A stretch of 50,633 nucleotides of DNA from Octopus sinensis. Taxonomy: Eukaryota. The stretch lies in assembly GCF_006345805.1 (NCBI RefSeq), contig NW_021834469.1, forward strand, positions 1 through 50,633, in the 5' to 3' direction. Position numbers and translations under genes: made by a program. The notes beneath the pieces were generated by a model. The model did no database searches and had not been told where the DNA came from. It saw only the letters and a program-made list of their open reading frames with translations. Positions 1-10,280 of this stretch are shown here, in pieces. The first letter of the stretch is position 1; each line of letters starts with the position of its first letter.

Positions 1-109
1 GGCCGAGAAGAAGAAGTTATGGACGGACCAACACCTTACGCAATCTCCTCACAGCCAAGCCAGCTCGACTAGCACTGACGCCGTTAAACACACCGAGCCA
101 GATAATATA

Positions 110-421
110 TAAAGCTACTCTACTACTATATACTACTTACTACTATACACTACTACTACTACTATACTACTACTACCAACAACAACACGAACAGAACAAC
201 AGAAACACTACTACTACTTCGTATACTACCACATTTATCTCCTCCACCACGATATCTCCGCCACCAACCACCCACCATCAGTATTACTACTAATACTACT
301 AATACTACTACACTACTACTACTATACTACTCTACTGCTACCACCACCAACAAGAACAGCCAACCACTACTACTTTTACTACGCCACTATCATCTCTCCA
401 CCACCAACAACCCACCACTAC

Positions 422-466
<45 letters not shown>

Positions 467-585
467 CAACAACAACACGAACAGCAACAGAAACACTACT
501 ACTACTTCGTATACTACCACATTTATCTCCTCCACCACGATTATCTCCGCCACCAACACCACCACCATCAGTATTACTACTACTA

Positions 586-630
<45 letters not shown>

Positions 631-703
631 TGCTACCACCACCAACAAGAACAGCAACACTACTACTACTTTTACTACCGCCACTATCATCTCCTCCACC
701 ACC

Positions 704-748
<45 letters not shown>

Positions 749-790
749 GTTGCTGCTGTTGCTGCTGCTGCTGCTGCTACTGTTACTACT
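110..790. repeat. (CTA)n/(CCA)n/(CAA)n low-complexity tract with an internal ~290-nt tandem duplication
   Basis: Long CTA runs; the block tactaccaacaacaacacgaacag...cgtatactaccacatttatctcctccaccacga occurs at ~171 and ~461. Confidence 0.9.
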
Positions 791-1074
791 AAATTAGCGA
801 CTACCACTCCCTCCGATGACTCTCACCTTGTTACAAAACCGATAATGCCCTTGATAATGTAGTCTTAGGTACCTTCTGCGTATCATTCTCTAACGAAAGA
901 AAGGGTTCACTGGTTAAAGCAGAGTTATGCCTGGTGCTTCCTCCATAGAACTGCCGCGATTTTCGGTGGCATTTGAACTCCCCACCTTTAGGGGTTCAAT
1001 GCTAACAATGTCTCACCGAGGGTTTCCCTATATAGACGCAAAGTCTGCAAGTCGCAGCAGCCAAGCAGAACAAC

Positions 1075-1155
1075 GTAGAAGGCACTTGCCGAAGGTGTCA
1101 CGCAGTAGGACTGAACCCGGAGCCATGTGGCTGGGAAGCACACTTCTTACGACAT
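1075..1155 (-). mobile_element. SINE family A, 5' head fragment
   Basis: agaaggcacttgccgaaggtgtcacgcagtaggactgaacccgg matches the reverse complement of the family A head at 41847. Confidence 0.8.
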
Positions 1156-1174
1156 AGGGTCTCCCATGCATATA

Positions 1175-1388
1175 TAGCCACGCCCGTGCCCAATCGCCAC
1201 GCCCGCGCCTAATAGCCACACCTGTGCCTAATAGCCATGTCTGTGCCTAATAGCCACGCCTGTGCCTAATAGCCACGCCTGTGCCTAATAGCCACGCCTG
1301 TGCCTAATAGCCACGCCTGTTCCTAATCGCCACTCCTGTGCCTAATAGCCACGCCAGTACCTAATAGCCACGTCTGCGCCAATAGAGC
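1175..1388. repeat. 19-nt minisatellite (tagccacgcctgtgcctaa)n, about 10-11 units
   Basis: Unit directly visible in tandem with few substitutions. Confidence 0.95.
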
Positions 1389-2052
1389 CTGTATAATGAA
1401 ATAGATTTGCGAAGGGAGTGGTGTGTTGAAATAACTTCGCCAGGCGTTCCTCTGCGGACATTGGTACAACAAAGGCAACAACAGTAGAATCAGTAACAAC
1501 AAAAACAACAACAACAACAGCCAGAACAGCATCAGCAGCAGCAAAGGAGATGACAATAACAATAGCGAAAGACGAATTAACTGAAACAATATAAGTCATC
1601 GTAGCTTCAGCATCTTTAAGTGGAAAGATGTTGAGTTGATATAATTGCCTAAGCGTTGAAAGCTGTTTCGTGCAAACGGCTTTTGGTGTTTGCAAAGTAA
1701 GGAGATGAAACATGAGACATTAACAGGTAGGATGTGTCGTAATTTGATGGATGGCCATAGAGAAATAAACAATGGCGATTGGTGACTTATTGGACAGAAT
1801 GAATAGAGAAACACGGACAAAATGGCGACGGGATTTAACGTCATTGTGTGTGGACGTGTATGCGAGCAAGTGTGTGTGTGTGTTTGTGCGCATATGTGTG
1901 TGTGAGTGTGTGTGTGTGTATGTGTATGTGTATGTCAGGGGTTAGCTTACAACATCAATGATACAAGAACTGGAAGATCAATCAGGAAGACAAAACCATT
2001 CGATATCTATCTATCTACACAAATATATATATATATATCATACACACATACT

Positions 2053-2104
<52 letters not shown>

Positions 2105-2249
2105 CGTTCAAATATATATATAATATATATATATATTATATAATGCGTGTGTATAATATGTATGTATGTATATATTAGTGTGTGTGTGCGTGTATGTATA
2201 TGTATATATATATATATATATTATATATTATATATATGTATATATAATC

Positions 2250-2462
2250 GTTTCTGCTATAGGTACAAGACCTGAAATTTTCGGAGAGGTAGTGAATCGA
2301 TTACATCGACTCCCAGTGCGTAACTGGTGCTTAGTTTATCGACCCCGAAAGCATGAAAGGAAAACTAGACCGCCGGCGGCATTTGAACTCACAACGTAAA
2401 GACAGACGAAATACTGCTGAGTATTTTGTCCTGCGTGCTACTGATTCTACCAGCTCGCCGCC
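2250..2462 (-). mobile_element. SINE family B copy (short-tail variant)
   Basis: Reverse complement reads ggcggcgagctggtagaatc...gagttcaaatgccgcc...ctttcatgctttcggggtcgataaactaagcacc; homologous to 37934-38142. Confidence 0.85.
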
Positions 2463-3324
2463 CAACGCATATACGTAATAATATACTTTGACACACACAC
2501 ACACATATATAGAGAGATTTGTGCGCATGCGTGACTGGTACTTTGGTTCTGTGTGTCACGAAATGATGAAAGCGTTAAGTGACTCGCTAGGATTTGAACC
2601 GCAAAACGTAAATGCCAGAAGAAACAACGCAAAACATATTCCAACTTTCCAACGACCCTGCTCTTCCAACCACCACCACCACCACCACCACCACCACCAC
2701 CACCACCAGCACCAGCACTGCCACGAGCACCACCACTACCGCCATCATCATCATCATCATCACCATCATCTTCTTCCAATAATAATAAATAATAATAATA
2801 ATAATAATAATAATATTAATAATAATAATGATAATAATAATTAGAATGGTAATAATAATATCGAAATTGATAAATATCTTAATTATATTTCCAGGCGCTA
2901 TAGTCAGATATTCCTCACAGCCCTGCAACAGTCTTCCGGGAACCTATTAAAATTATTACGTAACATTATCTGCTTGCAGATCTTTAAAATTAATTATTTC
3001 CTTAATTTATGCAGACATTTGTCAGATAATGATGCTATTCCTATTTGCCAATTTCGGATCAGGTGTCATTACTGAAGAATCATCCAAAACGGCTGCCGAT
3101 TTGCAGAAGTTGTTGAGCGACTGGGGCAACGTACTTTGCAGTATTTAGTTACAAACATTTACGTTCTGGGTTCAAATTGAGACAGCGACTTATAAACATC
3201 TCTTGTTAGATATAGCTACGGCCCTTTATGTTCTGCGTTTAAATTGGTAGAGGGACAGATGATATGCCCAGTGGTGGTTAATTTTGCTTCTTTTCGTTCC
3301 TGGTTCAAATTGATAGAACACCGG

Positions 3325-3543
3325 GGCAGAAACGTAGCGCGTAGGGCGAAATGCGTAGCCGTATTTCGTCGGCCGTTACGTTCTGAGTTCAAATTCTGCC
3401 GAGGTCGACTTTGGCTTCCATCCTTTCGGGGTCGAATAAATAAGTACCAGTTACGCACTGGGGTCGATATAATCGACTTAATCCATTTGTCTGTCCTTGT
3501 TCGTCCCTTTTGTGTTTAGCCCCTTGTGGGTAGTAAAGAAATA
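3325..3543 (+). mobile_element. SINE family B copy (long-tail variant)
   Basis: ggcagaaacgtagc...gttctgagttcaaattctgccgaggtcgactttggcttccatcctttcggggtcg...agccccttgtgggtagtaaagaaata; B-box-like GAGTTCAAAT. Confidence 0.88.
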
Positions 3544-4544
3544 AATATATAGTTATGTGCCTTTACGTTCAAAGACCAGTAGAGTAAATTAGACCGCTAA
3601 AGCAACTGGCTGGTGGAGCAACGGACATCATGTCTTCTGATGTTTAGTTACGACCCTTTACGTTATGAGTTCAAATCAGTAGAGCGGCAGACAACATGTC
3701 TTGCGCTATTTATCTATAATCCTTTACGTTCCAATCTCACCAAAGTCAGCTCTTCTTTTCATTATGATTCTTAAGGGCGAAAAACTAAAGTATTAATTAC
3801 GTAAGCAGATATTCTTAATTTGCAACCAATTCTAATCCTTCCCATTCCTGATGGTCTCTCACACGCCTAAAGCTGTATGTTAGAGACTGCTTATCTTTTC
3901 AGAAAAGAAAAATTACTTCCGGTCCCGACTCTTGCTAAATCTCTCTAGAACTCAAATGTGTTTCACCCACAGCGAAATTCTATTAATATATATGAAGCAC
4001 TGCTGCTGCCGTCCCTATGCACGGACGCCGGTAGTTTCTAACGTCTCTCAAACCTCATCATCGCTTCAAACAACCTTCTCCCACTTAAATTGTGTGATCC
4101 CCATATTAAACCTCCGTGATAAAATTAAATAATGGCTACAGTATACTAGATTGCAGCGACGTCCGGGTTGTTATTGACACAGACACACACAAACACGCAT
4201 ATAAACTTGTTACCGATTCCAATATGTTTGGGGCAAATTCAAACTCGTGAGAAAGTCATTCACAATATTTCATCATGGAGAAAATTTCTCGCTCCGTGTG
4301 CAAATACACCGCGTCTGCTTACAACGTCTCCAAACAAGATCGTGGGATGCACGTATTTCGGTGTTTTTATCACCTCTTCAGTAGCAGAGATCGGAAAGAC
4401 AGACGCTGCGAACTGACAGGAGAATATGCATATCTCTCTCTCTCAATATTTATATCCATATATATGTAACTACATACGTATTTTACATTTATACCTACCG
4501 GGTAATTCGCGATCACATTCACTCTTCCCTATAACCTTCTACTA

Positions 4545-4545
4545 G

Positions 4546-4603
<58 letters not shown>

Positions 4604-4642
4604 TTATCTATCCATCTATCTATCTATCTGTTTATCTATCTT

Positions 4643-4713
<71 letters not shown>

Positions 4714-4727
4714 ATCTATCTATCTAT

Positions 4728-4785
<58 letters not shown>

Positions 4786-4786
4786 C
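4545..4786. repeat. (CT)n + (TCTA)n microsatellite
   Basis: Directly visible. Confidence 0.95.
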
Positions 4787-5199
4787 ATATTTTTATGTGC
4801 TTATTGTATCTCCGGGTGAACCGCCCGTTTCATCTTTTATTTAAACCTTCATCAGGAGACAAAAATTCAGAGGTCCTCTTTGTAAATGGCTTTATAAACC
4901 ATATTCAACGACGCAAAGGATATCCCTCACCACCAAAAACTAAACCAGAGAATAACACAAAATATCATATTTAATGGCCCAAAATCCAATTTAATTTTAG
5001 AAAAGTTTTCAATTATTAGGAGTATGCCTAATTTGCCAGCTTTGTTAAATTAGCTTTATATACCGGTTTATATAAATTTCACGTGCTCCTATATCTGATT
5101 TATGTGTTATCAGTACCTGCTCATCCCTATGATATTTGATTTATATATAGTTTTAATTAATAGAATTATGGCAAGCAATTCAATTCAGTTTATTAATTT

Positions 5200-5208
5200 T
5201 AATTATCA

Positions 5209-5285
<77 letters not shown>

Positions 5286-5310
5286 GTCATTATATTATTA
5301 TTATTATATA

Positions 5311-5361
<51 letters not shown>

Positions 5362-5641
5362 CATCATTACCATTATTATTATTTCAATTTTAACTAATGT
5401 CGTAATATCGTCAATTTCATGTCCTTATACGTAGATGAACACACACACGCACCACACACACACACACATACACACACACACACCACACACACAGACATAT
5501 ATATATTTATATATATGTGTGTGTACATGAATTTATATATATGCATATATCATTATTATTATCGTTATTATCATTATTGTTATCATCATCTTCATTATTA
5601 TTATTATTATTATTATTATCATTATTATCATCACCACCACC

Positions 5642-5709
<68 letters not shown>

Positions 5710-5710
5710 T
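5200..5710. repeat. (TTA)n, (CA)n and (CAT)n microsatellite cluster
   Basis: Directly visible; explains the poly-Y/poly-H ORFs. Confidence 0.95.
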
Positions 5711-6405
5711 TTTATAATTGTGATATCAACTTAAATAATCTCGTATAACATCGTATATTTCAATTAATATAATTAGATCTTTCCATCTGATTTATGGATT
5801 GTCAGTATCACTTAACCGCCATGCATATTTCGTTCATTTAATTTACTTAATCAATAAGACAACTGCTAATAATCAACACTGTTAATTTCTCTACCTCCAT
5901 TACATACATCGCCTACATTTTTTTCCTGCTCACAGGTTTATGAAATATTAAAAATTGCATTCACATTTTATAGCTTAGTTACTTCCATACTTTTTTTATT
6001 CGCTTCTTTAGAGTAACGACTGAAATATAAATCCATCTTCGTGATTAATATTTATTACACCTATTTAGCTCATTTAGACGTATTAACACTGTAATGTGTC
6101 TTAACGGTTAAAGTCTTGTGCTCAAAAACATGTTGCCTGATCGATTTCTGGCAATGTGTATCTGGGCAAAGTAAGACACATCCCGTGGAACTAGACCAAC
6201 GTAAATATGGCAAACCATGTCTAGTTCAGTCTGATTAATGTGAATATCAGCAGGGTACAATCGTCCAATCCAGGGGCATGGCTTCAAAGATTGAGATATC
6301 GATTGCTCAGTTCTTTATTTTTTTCTATAGAAAATTCTATTTAATTCTATTTTGATAATCAGAACTTCACAAATGACCTCGACTCGATGACTCCTTAATG
6401 CGAAT

Positions 6406-6449
6406 CATATACATTTGCTGTTTCGATGTCACTGGCTCTCTTCAGTACG
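6406..6449 (-). ncRNA. Candidate type I hammerhead ribozyme
   Basis: Minus strand: CGUA-CUGAAGA-GAgccagugacaUC-GAAA-CAgcaaaUG-UA-UAUG; complete core, GUA triplet, short helices I and III, weak helix II. Confidence 0.55.
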
Positions 6450-6524
6450 GTGTAGAAAGACTTGCGGTGAAAGACTGATGCGCTTTTCACTTCTAAATGG
6501 CTGAGTACTTTCCATTGGCTTTGC

Positions 6525-6910
6525 TGAGTGGTAAGAAGTTTGCTTCTCGATCACATGTTTCCGCGATCGGTTCTACTAAGGAGAATCTAGGAGAAATGTC
6601 TTCTAAAGTAGCCTCGGTATGACCAAAACCTTGTGAGAGGATCTGGTAGACGGAAACTGAAAGAAGCCCGTCATATATATCTTTGTGTGTATGTCTTTGT
6701 ATCTCTATTTGTGCACACTACCGCATAATCACCGGTGTTGGTGTGTTTCTGTTCCCGTAATTAGCGGTTCGGTGAAAAAGACCAGATAAAATAACTACCA
6801 GTCTTTAAAAAAGAAAATACTGAGGTTGATCCAATCAGCTAAAATTTCACAAAGGGGTAGCCCCACCATGGCCGCCGGTAAACGAAACGACTGACAAGGT
6901 TAAAAGATAA
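6525..6910 (+). mobile_element. SINE family A, diverged copy
   Basis: ccttgtgagaggatctggtagacggaaactgaaagaagcccgtc and ttagcggttcggtgaaaaagacc match family A. Confidence 0.85.
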
Positions 6911-6939
6911 AAAAATTATATTAGGTGCTGTTTATTTTC

Positions 6940-7265
6940 ATTCCTTTGTTTTCAAAAGTTTATTTTAAGCGGTTGCCATGACGATAACACAGCAGCTGCA
7001 ATGCTCGCAGAAATTACAACGAACTTTGCTGTTATTATCCACAGAATAACTATTTGTTCTATTACCATTCTCTGTACGATTTCAACATACCTATTATGGA
7101 AATCTGAGAATGATATAGTAGTGTGTCATGATTGCATAGCTAAAGATTTAGAATTCGGAGGAGAGACGAAAGACGAGAACCGGGAGATTAGAAAACTTGA
7201 AAGAACTAGACGTGGCCTGCTTCTGTAGAAACCAGATACAATTTTTGTAGTTTTATTTACCCTGT
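6940..7265. repeat. Non-SINE segment duplicated in inverted orientation at 20132-20470
   Basis: Core ~7000-7262 differs from the reverse complement of ~20137-20400 at only about 4 positions by eye. Confidence 0.95.
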
Positions 7266-7507
7266 TTTATTTATATGTATATATATATATATCTATATAT
7301 ATATATATATAATATATATATAATATAATATAATATGAGGATATATAGATTGGCTACACTAGAATATTTCAAGCAGTGCCCCAGCATGACCGTGGTCAAA
7401 TGACTAGAACAAATAAATAGTAAAAAAGATGCATATAAACACATATATATGCATATAAATATGCACATATACATACATATATATACTTACACATATTATA
7501 TATATTG

Positions 7508-7557
<50 letters not shown>

Positions 7558-7952
7558 TTTTTCTCTTTTATTCATTTAATTTTTTTCAGTCATCTGACTA
7601 CGGCCATGCTGGAGCAACCCTCCAGTCGAGCAAATCGACCCCGGAACTTATTCCTGTTAAGCCTACTACTTATTCTACCAGTTTCATTTGCCGAACCGCA
7701 AAGTTACGGGGACGTAGAGACATTAAAATCGGTTGTCAAGCGATGGCTGGGGAGGGGCGGACAAACGCAGACGTACAATCATATACATACATATACGAAG
7801 GGCTTCTTTCAGTTTCCGTCAACAAAATCCACTCACAAGGCTTCGGTCGGCCCGAGACTATAGCAGAAGACACTTGCCCAAGGTGCCATGCAGTGGGACT
7901 GAACCCGGAACCATGTGGTTGGTAAGCAACCAGCTTCCCATGCAGCCGCGCC
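7558..7952 (-). mobile_element. SINE family A, near full-length
   Basis: Reverse complement of the family A consensus from head (…gcgcc) to A-rich tail. Confidence 0.92.
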
Positions 7953-8022
7953 TACATCTATATGTATATATACAATATTAAATCTTTGAGTGATATATAT
8001 ATATATATATACATATATACAT

Positions 8023-8110
8023 GAAGCTCCTTCTATAAAATAAATTAATTTACTCTGCTATGTATTGAGTACCTTATTGACTGTGGTTAACCCCGACTCA
8101 ACCCGGGACC
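8023..8110 (+). mobile_element. 88-nt insert between (TA)n tracts, starting with the 3' cleavage-product sequence of the 44108 hammerhead
   Basis: GAAGCTCCTTCTATA at 8023-8037 is identical to 44154-44168; TA repeats on both sides. Confidence 0.55.
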
Positions 8111-8141
<31 letters not shown>

Positions 8142-8384
8142 ATGTACACACACACACATGTATGTATTGTATATGTACCTATATATATATTTGTATTACA
8201 CCAACAGACACCTATTATAATGTATTAAACATACACAAATTTCAAACAATTTCTATATTGACCATTCTTGGTGCAGTGTCCAAAATTTTACTACATCGAT
8301 CCGATAATGTGTGGCTTGTAAAATAGACAGACTTGCGAATATAATTACTTCATTAGTCCTTTATTTGTTGTCTGTAACAAGTTT

Positions 8385-8420
8385 ATTGATGTTCGAAGAT
8401 CTCGACCTCATCTTCAGAAT
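8385..8420 (-). other. Degenerate hammerhead-like motif, possible Penelope-like pLTR remnant
   Basis: Minus strand AUU-CUGAAGA-u-GAGGucgagauCUUC-GAA-C-AUC-AAU followed by AATAAA; one core A missing. Confidence 0.4.
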
Positions 8421-8635
8421 GAAGGGTTTGGTGTGGTCCGTTGTCGATGAATCTTGCAATGGCGAACTGGCGATAGCAGTGTTGTGACCGAAAAAATAAT
8501 CATCATTGCGTTTAAGTTCAAAGTCAATACAATGTAATCCTATACGGCTTTATAATATAACACACACACACATATATTTCTGTGCTTGTCTGTCTGTCTG
8601 TACCTCTCCCCCCTCTCTCTCTCTCTCTCCTCTCT

Positions 8636-8688
<53 letters not shown>

Positions 8689-8814
8689 GCAAATGTATGT
8701 ATATAAAGATATATGTATAAGTGTAAACACATATATCTCTGTGTTTATATATGTGTGATGTATATATAACGTATTTCTACATGAAAGCACATATAATGAG
8801 GCATGTTTATGTAA

Positions 8815-8845
<31 letters not shown>

Positions 8846-8849
8846 AATA

Positions 8850-8889
<40 letters not shown>

Positions 8890-9248
8890 TACGGACACAC
8901 ACACACACACAAACATATATTGCTGTTCATCATATACATACGCAGATTCACAGACATATATAGACATACCTAAATAACATACTGTCTCTATCTCTCTCTC
9001 TCTCTCTCTATCTCTCTGACCATCTCTCTCCATCTCTTTCTCTCTATCTACCTATCTATCTATCTATCTCCATCTCTCTCTCTCCATCTCTTTCTCTCTC
9101 CCTATCTCTCTCTTTATCTATCTATCTATCTCCATCTCTCTCTCCATCTCTTTCTCTTCTCTATCTCTCTCTTTATCTATCTATCTGTCTCCATCTCTCT
9201 CTCTCCATCTCTTTCTCTCTCTCTATCTCTCGCTTTATCTATTTATCC

Positions 9249-9286
<38 letters not shown>

Positions 9287-9869
9287 ATATCTATCTATCT
9301 ATCTATCTATATATCTATCTATCTATCTATATATCTATCTATCTATCTATCTCTCCATTTCCCTTTCTGTCTCTCTATATCCATTCTCTAAGCATTTGTA
9401 TATATACATTTATGACTATTTAATACTCTTTATGTCGTACTTCTCACAGAACATCCTTAACTGCACATCTTCATCTACAACCTATCCTACTTTCATCGCT
9501 TAATTTTACACTTAATTCAATAAATACTATTTGCCGTTCGTCTTCTACGCTCCTCTGCTCCTAATTTCATTTGTACAGAGTGTTTTTATATATTTATTTA
9601 TGAGTATATGATATATCCACGTGAAACATTTACGACATGTCGGGATATTGGCTTATCTCTTAAGAGCATTATGTGCACTTTGAATGCTACCAAAATACTA
9701 AATAACAACCCGTTTGGGACTAATTTTGCTGTATCTTAATTAACAAGTATTTAGGTTTATTTATAAATTTTGTGAAGTTTGCTTCTTTTTAGCTGTTCAA
9801 AGTCCTTAATTCAGTATTCTTCGTCTTCAACTTAAGGTTAGTCTAGTGTTTGCACCTCTTATCATTTAT

Positions 9870-10220
9870 ATTTCACTTTCGCAAGCCATTAGACTCCAAC
9901 CATGTTGTACATGAATCGAACTCATGTACTTAATTTTTTTTTTAAAACCTGGTACATATTATATAGATCTGTTTTGCCGAACTGCTAAGTTACGGGGAAG
10001 TAAACACACCAACATCGATTTTGAAGTGGTTTTACGGGGAAAAAATCAGACACGAACACACACACACACACACACAAACGCAGGCTTCTTTTGGGTTCCG
10101 TCTATTGAAATCTACTCACAAGAATTTAGTCGGCCCGAAGTTATAGTAATAGACACTTGCCTAAGGTGTCCATGTGTGGTAGGGAAGCAAGATTCTTAAC
10201 CCATAGCCATATCTGCGCCT
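9870..10220 (-). mobile_element. SINE family A, diverged copy
   Basis: ttttgccgaactgctaagttacgggga...agacacttgcctaaggtg...catagccatatctgcgcc. Confidence 0.85.
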
Positions 10221-10247
10221 AGCATGTGTGTATATAGATATAATATA

Positions 10248-10280
<33 letters not shown>

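Noticed and set aside
6188-6227. 9-bp stem hairpin GAACTAGAC/GTCTAGTTC
   Set aside because: Short, no supporting context; a Rho-independent terminator is not meaningful in this eukaryotic DNA
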